Shown here: in pieces, positions 40,205 through 52,460 of the stretch
Position numbering within the stretch: position 1 is the stretch's first letter
How the letters are laid out: each line of letters starts with the position of its first letter
From: Octopus vulgaris
Lineage: Eukaryota
Assembly: GCA_951406725.2 (NCBI GenBank)
Contig: OX597822.1
Location: 89,404,001 to 89,468,000 of the forward strand
Reading direction: 5' to 3'
DNA: 64,000 bases
Position numbers and translations under genes: made by a program
The notes under the pieces: model-generated
What the model was told of the DNA's origin: nothing
Database searches by the model: none
The model's input: the letters and a program-made list of their open reading frames with translations, nothing else

Positions 40205-40815
40205 ACTTCACACCAATATGCGTGCTCATATGCGACGTAATATCACATCAGCAGCATTTCCTCACACCCTCCTTGCATTTGGCGAAGGCAAAATACCAGG
40301 GGATGAAAATGGTAATATTGCCATCGATTCCATTTGTACCATTGTTAAGACGCCTTCTGATCTCAGAGATGCAGTGTTCCAAGATCTACAAGCTAATTAT
40401 CAGAATACGGATTGGATTGGCCAAAAGGCTATACTGGCCCCGAGGAATAAAACTGTTCACCATATTAATGATGAAATGCTAAAACTCATTCCTGGGGAAG
40501 TCTATGTATATCAGTCTATCGATACAACTCCTGACCCACAGGACGTCATCAACTATCCAATAGAGATATTCAATTCCTTTGAGCACCCCAGACTACCACC
40601 ACACATTCTCAAACTTAAAGTTGGTGCCCCTATAATGCTCATCAGAAATTTGGTTCCCCCAAAACAATGCAATGGCACACGTTTGATCGTTAAGTCCTTA
40701 TCTCCCAGCGTAAACTTATATCAATATATGCCTGAATAATCATCATAATTCAGTGCAATCATTAACAGTACTTTCAAGCAATTCAGCCCTGAGCAACGCC
40801 GGGCAATTCTGCTAG
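40205..40815 (+). mobile_element. Helitron fragment: PIF1-type helicase piece joined to the 3' hairpin-CTAG terminus
   Basis: LHTNMRA...KAILAPRN...LPPHILKLKVGAPIMLIRNL...CNGTRLIV. Terminus gccctgagcaacgccgggc-aattctg-CTAG|T at 40815, with an inverted copy of the terminus at 39900. Confidence 0.88.
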
Positions 40816-41142
40816 TATATATATATATAATGAACCATTTCTTAAACATACACGATACAGTCTATAAAACTGGGATGTTTTTGAAAGAATATATTTTATC
40901 ATCAGAATATATATACTTTTCTCACACTACAATTAAGATATATTTATTTTAAATCGTTCATGTTTCTCCCCCCCCCACAACAAAAATTAGTTTGAAAGAG
41001 GAGACAGAGAAAGTTCTAAAATCTAACCAATCAGAGCTAACTGACTTCTTACCATGAAAGTGAAAATAAAAAGTATACTTTATTTTCACCAGTTGAACTG
41101 TGAGATAAAATTAATTAGGCCTGTTAAAAAATATTACTAAAT

Positions 41143-41774
41143 ATGTTTTATGAGATGGAAAGTATCGTCAAGGACTTTGATAGCATATATTCCTTCCTAA
41201 AGGACAAAAAAGTCTTGAGCTCCTCTTCTCCAATTTGTTCGAAATGCCAGAGAGAAATGACTCTGATAAAACACAACAAAGAAAAAAATATTTCGGTGCC
41301 CAACACACAAAGGGGAAAAAGAATCAATTAGAAGGAAATCCTATCTCGAAAATAGCAGATTGAAATTACACGATTTCATACATATAATATATTCTTGGGG
41401 CAATAACCTAACAATAACATCAACAATAGAAATGACTGGATTGTCGAAATCTACCGTTATTCAATGGTTTCAGTACATGTGAGATATCTGTAGTAACAAT
41501 CCATACCAAATTGGTGGTGTCGGGCACGTTGTTGAAATAGATGAAACTCTGATGTGCAAGAGGAAGTACAACAGAGGGAGAATGCCACAAGAGAGATGGG
41601 TCTTTGGAGGTTATGATAGAGAAGAGAAAAAAGGCTTTCTACTCTTCGTAGCTGACCGTTCCTCGGAAACTCTGCTACCCATCATCAAAAAATAAATTAG
41701 ACCGGGCACAACAATTCATTCGGATTGTTGGGGCGCCTATAATGGAATTGCAGAAATGGATGTGACACCAAAAT
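41143..41774 (+). pseudogene. Inverted, truncated second copy of the Merlin transposase
   Basis: Same start and same TGA as the left copy, plus an extra A frameshift at ~41285 and a TAT>TAA stop at ~41694. Confidence 0.9.
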
Positions 41775-42694
41775 TATAATTTTCCTTTGTGGTAATAAGA
41801 AGCCGTGAGGAGTAATTCCATTGCTGTTGCCTTCGGAAATCTTTTTTTTAACAATGTTATCTAATGCATTAGCCCTTTTCGGTGTTGGTCTCCCACCATT
41901 TATAATTAATTATTTTCCATCGAATTCTCCTTTCGCAAAACTATTTCTCAAAATATCGTTTATAACACACATTTCACAAAAGGCTGTTCTTATATACAAA
42001 CACACATGGAAGCGCCAGCGTAAATTGTAAGCCAATTTCAACAAAACAAAAAGATACAGAAAGTGGGTATCATGCGGTTAGCTCATAGCTTGACATGCCA
42101 CTGAGAGAGAGAGGAAGGGAGTACAAAATATTATGAACGACCTTTCCTCCTAGCATCTGTTTTATCAATTCACTAAGAGAGAGAGAGGAAGGAGGGACAA
42201 ACTAAGAGACAGAGAGGGAGGTCATGCGGGTCTTCCCACTGCCACTAAGAGAAAGAGGAAGGGGGTAAAAATATTTCAAATGCCCTGTCCCCTTAGCATG
42301 TCTTTTAAACAAGTCACTAAGAGAGAGAGAGAGAGGAAGGGGGTAAAAATATTTCAAATGCCCTATCCCCTTAGCATGTCTTTTAAACAAGTCACTAAGA
42401 GAGAGAGAGGAAGGAAGGACAAACTGAGATAGAGAGGGAGTGTCTGACATGCTGGTCTTGTCAATGCATGACTTCTAAAAGCAGAAGTAGAGTCACTGAT
42501 AGAGAAGGGGAGACAAAATACAACTGGACGGATTTTCTTTGAAACAAAATAACTATTTTATCTAATTTTCCGATCATATGGATAAAAAAATCACAGGGCA
42601 TGCAACGCATACCTGAGAGTGCACGCCCCTGATATATATATATATATACACACACGTGTATGTATGTATGTATGTATATATATATATATGTGAT

Positions 42695-42908
42695 TCGAGC
42701 GAGGTCATTACCAGTACCACCTGACATGTAAAAAGCACCCACTACACTCTCGGACTGGTTGGCATCAGGAAGGGCATCCAGCTGTAGAAACTCTGCCAGA
42801 TCAAGATTGGAGTCTGGTGCAGCCATCTGGCTCACCAGCCCTCAGTCAAAATCGTCCAACCCATGCTAGCATGGAAAGCGGACGTTAAACGATGATGAGG
42901 AGGAGGAT
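42695..42908 (+). mobile_element. RTE-tail non-autonomous repeat
   Basis: gttggcatcaggaagggcatccagctgtagaaac...ggacgttaaacgatgatga. Confidence 0.8.
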
Positions 42909-43214
42909 ATACACACACACATGCATACATACATGCAGGCATGCAAGCATATATACATACATGTATATGAGGGAGATGAAAAGTGAAACATGTTAGCATG
43001 CACACACATACTCATACCCTACACTCAATGCCTTCCATGACCATGACTTGAATAGTGAAACACACTCGCACACACATTCACTTATACAAACACATACACA
43101 CATGCAACTATATGCATGGGAATACATATACATATAAAACAAAACATACAAATCTGCACATATACATACATACAAAAATACCCTGCTGATGTTGTTGAAA
43201 TTCCAATGAAGGGG

Positions 43215-43435
43215 CCTTGGCTCACAATCATGATGTAGTGAGTTCGATTCCAGGACTGGTCTGTGTGTTATGTTCTTGAGCAAGACACTTTATTTCACAT
43301 TGCTCCTGTGCATTCAGCTGCAGAAATGAGTCGCAACATCACTGGTGACAAGCTGTATCTCCTTTTGCCTTTCCCTTGGATAACATCCATGGCACAGAGA
43401 GGGGAGGCAGGTATGCATGGTTGACTGTTGGACTT
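43215..43435 (+). mobile_element. tRNA-derived SINE (second family)
   Basis: B-box gagttcgattcc followed by the conserved ttgagcaagacactt domain. Confidence 0.65.
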
Positions 43436-44899
43436 GGGAGGGTGAGGTTGGGTAACTTTCTAGGTGCAATCCAATGGTCATTCAAGACCAAAAGGTATCC
43501 TTCAAAGGGGACTTCAGGAGGGCAGGACTGGGGTAAAGCATAAATGTATTTTAATGGTATGTTGGTTTTACTATGGAATCTTGCATACCGATATATATCT
43601 TGCATATTCACTCGTGGAAATAATACAAGAAACAAACTTTAAAAATAGCAGTGAGACTTTATTCTTCTACTAAGTAATACAGTGGACAAAATAAACACAT
43701 TATGAAATCTGGTGGCTGTATGCCCTTCTTAATGCCAATGACTTAACAGAGTGTGCTGGGTGCTTTTTTACATGGACACTAAGGAGTTGTTAACCAAAGT
43801 GTTAAATACACTTGATAAGTGCAAATGAAGAGGTAAGATGAAGGTGTGTGCACGAGTGAGAAAATGCATTTATATGTGAAATGATGGGTGTGTTTAAGTA
43901 GAGTGTTGGTGGGAGACTGGTAATATGTGTATTTGTGGGTTTTGGTAGATATACACGTGTTGGTAACATGTTGTTCATTGGTATATGTCAACATGCTGGT
44001 CTATATGGAAACATCAAGGATCAAGATGGTGGAAAAGATAAGGTTTGATTACACATGTGCATTAAGTCGGAGTTGTAAAGGTGAGCAGAGTTTGTGTAGG
44101 TGGAAATGGCATAGATGGCATTTGGGTTGGTGTGAGGGCGGGATGTGGGCAATAGGGGAGGGTGTGGATGTCAACAGAGAACATGGGAGCAGTGTGGGAG
44201 AGGGGAAAAGAGATAAAGAATGGTGGGACATAGAGGCCCAGAGGGAAGTTAGAAGAATTAGTAATTGAGACCATAGGTTGCATAGGCCTAGAGAGAAAAA
44301 AATGAGCTTTTGTTCCCTCTGGAGATAATTAGTAGAGAAACCAGGAAAAGTAGCCATGCTAAAGACTAAGAGATGTTGGGTAGAATGGTCATCAGAACAG
44401 GGAAAAAACTGGAGGTGATGGAGGATGATTGTAGGGTGGTAGATAAGAAGAAGGGGGATACTATGGATGAGATTCCAAATATACGGTATTAGAGTGGACA
44501 CACAAACATTCCAGTCCCTATTACTGTTCTCATCACAATACATTTTACTGATATGGGAAGGTCTTCTGTATCACTGTATATGCCTGCTAGCATAGTCCCT
44601 TCTCATTTCTTTCCTGCAATGAGACATCTTCAGGTCAGCCTTTAACATTTCAACCAATGTTATTCTAAATCTCCCTCCTTTCTCAAATTTGGGGTGCTCA
44701 GCACTTCCTTATGCATCACATGTTCATGCATCTACCACATACAAAGTCTGCCTCTTTCTGTGTCTATAGCTTACACTTGGTACAGTATGTGGGCTCAAAG
44801 GAGATTTAATGCTAAATTGATATGTGTTGTAGTTTTCATTTTATAGCACCAATCGCAATACTTTTTGACCAAACCTCATAAAAACATATATTAAAAAAA

Positions 44900-45255
44900 A
44901 AAGAAGTAGTTAGGACATAGAAATTTCCATGGATAGTGCTCTTAAATTCCTCAGTGATGGCCTATGAAACTATGATAAATAAGAAGGGGCTGAGGATTGA
45001 ACTTCATGGATTCCTATTTTCATGCTAAATTTCTCTTTGAACTCATTGCTCTCACTTTACTGACTGTACCATTGTACATAACTTGTACAGCTCTGAGCCA
45101 TTCATCTAGTTTCCTTAGTGACCACTACTTTACAGAGCCTATCACTCTGTCAAAGTCTTATTCAAAGTCAATGTATGCTAGGTACGGTGGCTTACTTTTA
45201 GCCAACTACTTCTCCTGCAGTTTCTTCACATTAAAGATGGTATCTGTAGTACTAG
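44900..45255 (-). mobile_element. RTE RT fragment
   Basis: Antisense LQEK*LAKSKPPYLAYIDFE*DFDR...HEVQSSAPSY; similar to 960-1290. Confidence 0.7.
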
Positions 45256-45674
45256 ATATAAAACAAAACTGATTAACTATTCATCAGATAAGCACAAATT
45301 CTTATCACTAATTAAGAGATTATCAATAGAGCAGCTTTCCCATAACTTATTAACAGATAGGTGGCCCTATTGAATATAGTCACATCTTAAAATAGGCTAG
45401 CAATACATTTCCTGAAGTTAACAGTTTTTGTGTGTTTCTGAATGGCTAACCTCTGTCTTCCAAACTGCAACTGTTTTAGTTTCAACACACAATCTCAGAT
45501 CAAAACATTTGCAATGCAAGTACATCTCCGTAAAAATACATGCAGGTCCTCTGAAACGACGATTTTATTAAAAACAATAGTTGTAAGTTATTTTACCAAC
45601 ACAGATATATGTAGTGTTAGGATGTTGTTATCCCACCTATGTATTTATTTCGTCTGCAAATACATTTATATTGA

Positions 45675-45992
45675 TACCAGTGCCGGTGGCACATAAGAGA
45701 ACCATCCGTATGTAGCCGTTGCCAGCACCGCCCCGACTGGCCTCCATGCCGGTGGCATGTAAAAAGCACCATCCGATTGTGGCCGTTGCCAGCCTCGTCT
45801 GGCCCCTGTGCACGTGGAACGTAAAAAGCACCCAATACACTTATGGAGTGGTTGGCGTTAGGAAGGGCATCCAGCTGTAGAAACACTGCCAGATCAGACT
45901 GGGCCTGGCACAGCCTTCTGGCTTCCCAGACCCCAGTTGAACCGTCCAATCCATGCTAGCATGGAAAACGGACGTTAAACGATGATGATGAT
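45675..45992 (+). mobile_element. RTE-tail non-autonomous repeat inside the 3' UTR of ZNF gene C
   Basis: gttggcgttaggaagggcatccagctgtag...cgttaaacgatgatgatg, lying between the stop codon (46018) and the conserved AATAAA (45564-45569). Confidence 0.85.
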
Positions 45993-46017
45993 TGAATGAT
46001 TTTGGACATGAATAAAT

Positions 46018-47976
46018 TTAGTCCTTTCTATGAGTACATACATGTGTAGTTAAGGAAGATTTTTCAGAATATGATTTTCCACAGATATCACAGTGATATG
46101 GCTTCTCTCCTGTATGTACACGTTTATGTCTAGTTAATTTACTACCTGCAGCGAATGATTTACCACAGATATCACAATGAAATGGCATCTCACCTGTATG
46201 AATGCGTTTATGTACAGTTAAGTAACTATTACAAGAAAATGATTTACCACAGACCTCACAATTAAATGGCTTCTCACCTGTATGTTTGTATTTATGTTTG
46301 GTTAAGCTACTTTTTCCCGAGAAGGATCGACCACAGACATCACAACAATATGGCTTCTCTCCTGTATGAATGCGTTTATGATTACTTAAGGCACCTTGTT
46401 CAGAAAAGAATTTACCACAGACATCACAGCAATATGGTTTCTCTCCTGTATGAACACGTTTGTGTTTAGTCAAGTTACTACAACCAGAGAAAGATTTACC
46501 ACAGATATCACAGTGATAGGGCTTCTGTCCTGTATGTATAAGCTTGTGTTTTGTTAAGGTACTATTTACAGTGAATGATTTATCACAGATATCACACTGA
46601 TATGGTTTTTCTCCTGTATGAATACGTTTATGAGTAGTTAATCCACATGTCTGTGGAAATGATTTACCACAGATATCACAATGATAAGGCTTTTCTCCTG
46701 TATGAATGCGTTTATGAATCCTTATTTGACAATATAGAGAGAATGATTTACCACAGATATCACAATGATAAGGTTTCTCTCCTGTATGAATGTTTTTATG
46801 ATTAGTTAAATAATCATTTCGTAAGAATGATTTACCACAGATATCGCAGTTGTAGGGCTTCTGTCCTTTGTGAATACGCTGGTGGTTAGCAAAAGAATTT
46901 CTATGGGAGAATGATTTACCACAGATAGTACAGCAGTATGGCTTCTCCCCTGTATGAATACGTTTATGGGAAATTAAACTATTACTCTGAGAGAAAGATT
47001 TACCACAAATATCACAACGATATGGTTTCTTTCCTGTATGAACACGTTTATGAATAATTAACTGAGTACATGCTGAGAAAGATTTACCACAAATATTACA
47101 CTGATATGGTTTCTCACCTGTATGAATGCGTTTGTGTTTAGTTAAATCATTAGACTGAGCAAATGATTTATCACATACATCACAGTGATATGGCTTTTCA
47201 CCTGTATGAACACGTTTGTGAACAGTTAAGTTAGTGTTTGAGGAGAATGACTTTCCACAGATATTACAGTGAAAAGGCTTCTTGATATGAATAACTTCCC
47301 CTGTATGAATAACTTTGTGTGATGTTAAAGAACTGCTTTTAACGAATGATTTGCCACAGATATCACAATGATATGGTTTCACACCGGTATGAACACGTCT
47401 GTGTCGAGTTAAAGCACCTTTTTCTGAGCATGAATAACCACAAGTATCACAGTGATACGGCTTCTCTCCTGTATGAATGCGTCTATGTTTTGTTAAAGTA
47501 CTATTTACAGAGAATGATTTACCACAGATCTCACAGTTGTATGGTTTCTCTCCTGTATGAATACGTTTGTGAGAAATTAATCCACATGTTTGTGGGAATG
47601 ATTTACCACAGATATCACAGATATAGGGTTTCTCTCCTGTATGAATACGTTTGTGAGCAGTCAATCCACATGTTTGTGGGAATGATTTACCACAGATATC
47701 ACAGATATAGGGTTTCTCTCCTGTATGAATGCGTTTGTGAGAAGTTAATCCATATGTTTGGGAGAATGATTTACCACAGATATTACAGCAATAATGCTTC
47801 TTTTCACTATTGATACATTTGTGAGTAGTTAGATCACTTTTTTCAGTGAATGACACTTTATAAATATCACAGTGATATGATATTTTCCCTGTCTTTGTCA
47901 GCTTCTCACCAGATGACTCAATACCTTTTGACTGAGCTCCACAATTTTGTTGGTTGCCATGTATTTCATTCTCCAT
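46018..47976 (-). CDS. C2H2 zinc-finger protein C, 652 aa, 21 fingers plus a degenerate leading finger
   Basis: Uninterrupted ORF with TGEKPY linkers; conserved upstream acceptor at 48335-48336. Confidence 0.95.
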   Translation of the reverse strand: MENEIHGNQQNCGAQSKGIESSGEKLTKTGKISYHCDIYKVSFTEKSDLTTHKCINSEKKHYCCNICGKSFSQTYGLTSHKRIHTGEKPYICDICGKSFPQTCGLTAHKRIHTGEKPYICDICGKSFPQTCGLISHKRIHTGEKPYNCEICGKSFSVNSTLTKHRRIHTGEKPYHCDTCGYSCSEKGALTRHRRVHTGVKPYHCDICGKSFVKSSSLTSHKVIHTGEVIHIKKPFHCNICGKSFSSNTNLTVHKRVHTGEKPYHCDVCDKSFAQSNDLTKHKRIHTGEKPYQCNICGKSFSACTQLIIHKRVHTGKKPYRCDICGKSFSQSNSLISHKRIHTGEKPYCCTICGKSFSHRNSFANHQRIHKGQKPYNCDICGKSFLRNDYLTNHKNIHTGEKPYHCDICGKSFSLYCQIRIHKRIHTGEKPYHCDICGKSFPQTCGLTTHKRIHTGEKPYQCDICDKSFTVNSTLTKHKLIHTGQKPYHCDICGKSFSGCSNLTKHKRVHTGEKPYCCDVCGKFFSEQGALSNHKRIHTGEKPYCCDVCGRSFSGKSSLTKHKYKHTGEKPFNCEVCGKSFSCNSYLTVHKRIHTGEMPFHCDICGKSFAAGSKLTRHKRVHTGEKPYHCDICGKSYSEKSSLTTHVCTHRKD

Positions 47977-48425
47977 AATCTTTTGTCTTTAACCACAATG
48001 TACAGACACTGCTCTTCGTTGTATTTTTCTATTGTATAGCAAAGAAATAATGTATATCTACATTTTTCAATTCCAGAAGAAGCTGCAAACTCCTTTGCAA
48101 ATTTTGTCCTAATTTAATAAGACTGCAAATTCATGTTGTAAACAGCTCACACAATGGAATAGAGATAATCTACTATGAAGTGATGCCAAAAAATATTTCA
48201 CACTAATTCATCACATAAATATTTACATAGTGTTATAACTGTTCTGTGTAACATTTTTTTGTCATTAATTGATGACAACAATTAATGATGGGTCGTAAGT
48301 CAAATGTACTTTTCAGGTCATCTCATTTGATATTCTGAAATGATAATAAATAGAAACTGTATTAGGTATAGGAAATATTAAAAAATGGAGATTCAAGAAT
48401 GAAAATTTTACTACATTGCTATATT

Positions 48426-48639
48426 GGCTTCAAATTTTAGCATAAGGCCAGCAATTTCAGTTGAGTGGGTACATCGATTACATCAACCCCAGTGCTCAGC
48501 TGGTACTTACTTTATCAACACTGAACAGATGAAAGGCAAAGTAAATCTCAATGGAAATTCAACTTAGTGTTCAGATGGACAAAACTCCACCGACCACTTT
48601 GTCCAGTATGTTAACAATTCTGCCAGCTCACCACCTTAA
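48426..48639 (-). mobile_element. SINE inserted in the intron of gene C, 16-bp TSD
   Basis: actacattgctatatt (48410-48425) / actacatttctatatt (48640-48655); the paralogs carry a single empty site. Confidence 0.8.
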
Positions 48640-49569
48640 ACTACATTTCTATATTAATAAACTGAAGATATCAACATTTACCTGTATTTTTTAACTAATC
48701 CAATGTGTCCATCTCCTTTCAGGATAGTAGGGTATAATTTGAGGGTAAGTTGTGTGTCTACAATTTCATACTTGGTTTGTTATTGTTTAATTCCACATTA
48801 ATTTTGACTAAAGTGATATGTTATTAAATGCAAGTTATTGTTATCTGAACAAACCAAATCCAACAGACCTATAACAAAAGGCATCTAAATCATAACCATC
48901 CATCTTCTTAAGAGTTTTCTTTTTTCCTTCATTTGTCATAGTCAGAAGAACAGCACTGTCAATTTTTCTATGACCGCCAAGAATATCAAGGATGATAATT
49001 TCTAATATTCCCTTATACTTTTCAAGACAATACATAGTAATTTGGAATAAAATTACTTTCTCTCCTAACTAGCTGAACCACTCAGTGGTTCAGTGTTGTT
49101 AGTATTTATATTCAGGTCAGTTCTGATGAAGCAGACCTGTTAACAAAGGTAGGGATGCTACAAATTTCATATCAGACAAATCAAATAGAAACATTACACT
49201 GATGAAGAAAAATAAATAAAGGCATGCACAAAAAAAAGTACCTTGTATAAACTGCTTTCTGTGAAAAATGGCATTTGAATTGGTAGGAAGTTGTAACTGA
49301 ACAATGTGCTGATTAATATTAATTTTATGGACTTCAATTAAAACATCTGTAGAAAAAAAAGAGGAGTCTCAAGATGCAGTTTTCAAAGTTTACTATAGAA
49401 GAGTTTTAGAATGAAAATATATTAGTACAAAAAATAGTTGAAAAGAACTAAATATGGCATAATACAGCATCTTAGGTAAGTGTATGTTTATAATCCTAGG
49501 GTGACTGAAGTTTTGTGAGTGGAATTGGTAGATGGAAACTAAAAGCTCATCCTATACATACACACATAT

Positions 49570-49603
<34 letters not shown>

Positions 49604-49759
49604 CAGAGTGCTTTAAAGTTAACCTAGCAAAAAGCAAAATTGTAGCTAGCAAGAAAGCAGATAAGACTCTCTTTCCATCAGATAAATGGTACTGCTTAGT
49701 ATGTAGAAAAGGTTTTGGAAAGAATTTCATTTGATGCACCCAGTGCAAGCTATGGATAT

Positions 49760-50430
49760 AGAAGTTGTAGTGGAATCACAAGAAGGTTAACAGAGAAAAT
49801 AGTCTTTGTATGAGATAGATGCACAAGTACTAGATTTCCTGAAAAGCTCAGGAGGCTCCCTAGAGGTTGTAGACAGTTTCTGTTACTTAGGTGACCTCTG
49901 ATTAGCAGTGGAGGAGGATGTTCTAAAAATATAATTGTTAGAATAAGAATAGTAATGGAAAGTTTAGAGAGCTATTACTTCTGTTGGCAACAAAAGGCCT
50001 CTTTCAGAACAAAAGGCAGATGGTATGATGCTTCAGTACAAATGACTATGATCCATGGTTATAAGACATGTGCCCTGAATGCAGAGGAGGGTATGCAAAG
50101 ATTAAAGAAGAATGCAGCTAGTATTCTCTGATGGGTGTACCACATCATTATGCCCGAATGAGAAAGTGTTGAGAGAAAAGTTAGGTATAACAGGAATTAG
50201 AGATAGTAGGCAAAAGAAGACATTGATAGTTTGGTCATGTGATGTGTATGGTTGAGGGCAACTGTATGAAGAAATGCCAACTGCTTAAAGTGGATAGAAC
50301 CTGCAAGAGGAGGAAACCCAAGAAGACATGGGATAAAGTAGTGAGGGGCCAATCTCAGATGTTGAGCCTCACAGAGAAGATGACAATGGACAATGTCTGG
50401 CAATATGAGGTTTTTGAGAAGACCTGCTCA
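49760..50430 (+). mobile_element. RTE LINE C-terminal fragment
   Basis: SLEVVDSFCYLGD, KFRELLLLL, FGHV and RRKPKKTW motifs. Confidence 0.8.
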
Positions 50431-51069
50431 TCTCAACAAAACTGAGTTCTGGAAGCACTGTGTATTATGCGCTCTCCATCACACATTAATCTTCCCGTTC
50501 CCCCAATGAACCAAACTACATCTTATCATGCACAAATCTCTCTTCTCTCCTTGCTTCTAAACACTGCTTTGTCATATCTGTCTCTCCTATCCTCCCCTGC
50601 CAACTATATCATTGCTATCCTACTACTCCACTGTATACCCATGGTCACTACTGACTACATTCCCCTTCTCTTCCTCTTTATCTTCTACTTCCCTATACTC
50701 TCATGAACTTCTTACTCATCTTGTCTGATCCTCTGTACCACTCCACTTACATTCACTTTCCTGTACCTTGAGGATATGCCCTGGCACCTTTTCATCACCA
50801 TCCTCTTTCTCTCTCCTGACCCCTCTGCCTGGATAGCTATATATCTCCTCCACAGCAAGAGATCTTTTTCTGTTCCTCTATCATAGCTTCTCATCTGACA
50901 CAAAGCCATCTCTCTCAGTACTACTCCTCCCTTAGTTGAAGGATATTTGTCTTGCATATTACTTGGTGATCTCAGCTGTGCTAGTTCCACATAAAAAGCA
51001 CCCAATACACTTTGTAAAGTGTGTACTGAGAGCACTAGGAAAGGCATCCAGCCATAGAAACCATGCTCC

Positions 51070-52460
51070 ACCTCTGAAGACTGAAGGCCACAGCCGCACA
51101 CTGGCACCTGCAATTCTAATATCCAATTCAACTTTCTGCTTCCCATCATTCATGAATACGATCCCAAAACAGTTAAATTTGTCCACACTGGGAAGACCAA
51201 TATCTCAGTCTTCACAACACTAAATCTCATCCCTGCCTTGCAACACTCAACAGTAAATTCATTCACTGCCTGCTGGAGACCACATTCTGATGAGAGAAGG
51301 AGCACTATGGCACCTGCAAATATCAACAAACTGGTCCTACACCCACCAATTGTGATACCACTTCTACACAATGGCTGCTCATGTCAATCCATTTCATGAA
51401 AAGTAAAAGTAAAAAATACACACTCTTGCCTAAGTCCAACATATAGAGAGGTTTCAACTTAGCACATTTACCTGAACACAGACAACTGGGCATTCATATA
51501 GGGACTTCACATCAACCAGAAGTTTGCCATTCCTCTCCAACTTCTGCAAAACCCTCCACAGCATGTGGTCATATGCCTTTCTGTGTTCTACAAGTGTACA
51601 CCGCTGGTGCTATTTCCACTATTTCTCGCTGGTCTTTTATGCTGCATCCATGAAAGAAGCCATACTATTTTTCAGTAAACTTGGGCTCAACAACTTTCTT
51701 CCATCTCCTTTCCAGACATCTAGTGTAGACTTCAACTGAGGTGTCTCAACAAGGTAATTCCTCCATAATTAGAGCACTCGCTTTTGTGACCCCTGTGAAA
51801 AACTGGGATTATCAATTTGGATTGCCATTGCTTTAGTGTTTTAACAGAGGTCCAAGCCACCAGGCACACACAAAGTCAGACAGAAAATACTTTTTCTAAT
51901 TAAAGGTTTTAATATCTCATGCTGAATTTCCTCCTCCCACTGGTCTTGCCACATTCGAACACTTTAATCACCTGTATGACTTCAGTCTCTTTGAAGTCAA
52001 ACTTCGACCCTGGATGCAACCCATGCCCACTAGATTTTATACTAAGTGGATTTAGAAGATCAGCAAAGTATTCTCTCTACCTCTTAAAGATATTCTTTGC
52101 TATGTGTGGATGAGGGCTTCTTGTTATAAAGTCGACGGATTATCTGCCAGAATACTTTGACTGATGTAACTGCTTAACCCCCAAACTCCTCCGGTGACTT
52201 AGCACTGGACGCTTTTACTCTCTCTACTGCAACTTTTTGCGCTTCAGTATACCACATGCGCAAAAGGGAAAACCTGTTTTCAAGCCAAGCATTGTATGCC
52301 TTCTTTGCTCTTGGATGGCATCTTTAATTCCAGAGATTTCTTTTGCCACCTGGCACTACTCCAGGCCGCTTTGGAAAAGAAACTGCCGAACAGAGCAATC
52401 TCCGCTCCGTTTCAACGTCCTCAGTTTCTTCGGAACGTCTCTGAATTTGGAAGAAATAGT
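51070..52460 (-). mobile_element. RTE LINE (second family), linker + RT, degenerate
   Basis: IKDAIQ..AYNAWL, VFWQIIRR, DLLNP, LVEHRKAYDH, LLIFAGAIVLL (FADD-like) and VELDIRIAGAS remnants. Confidence 0.75.

Larger units (their letters stand above)
38939..41774. repeat. Large inverted duplication: arms 38939-40034 and 40681-41774, 646-bp spacer
   Basis: Near-identical reverse complements with only scattered substitutions and indels. Confidence 0.95.
34851..42631 (-). mobile_element. hAT DNA transposon shell (ZMYM1-like transposase remnants) carrying nested insertions
   Basis: TIRs CAGTGGCGTGC / GCACGCCCCTG with atatatat on both sides. N-terminal remnant ~41775-41975 (LIINGGRPTP); later remnant ~35400-35650 (WDDTTINSATGLLHTLKAPDFLFLLEVF...LFNILQSKSHDI). 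Subterminal cactaagagagagaggaagg repeats at 42100-42430. Confidence 0.8.

Noticed and set aside
40218-40739. Host PIF1 helicase gene
   Set aside because: Partial domain fused directly to a Helitron hairpin-CTAG end inside a TE nest.
47346-47813. Plus-strand ORFs with repeated MIYHRYH motifs (also 28175, 46266)
   Set aside because: Antisense shadows of the zinc-finger repeats.
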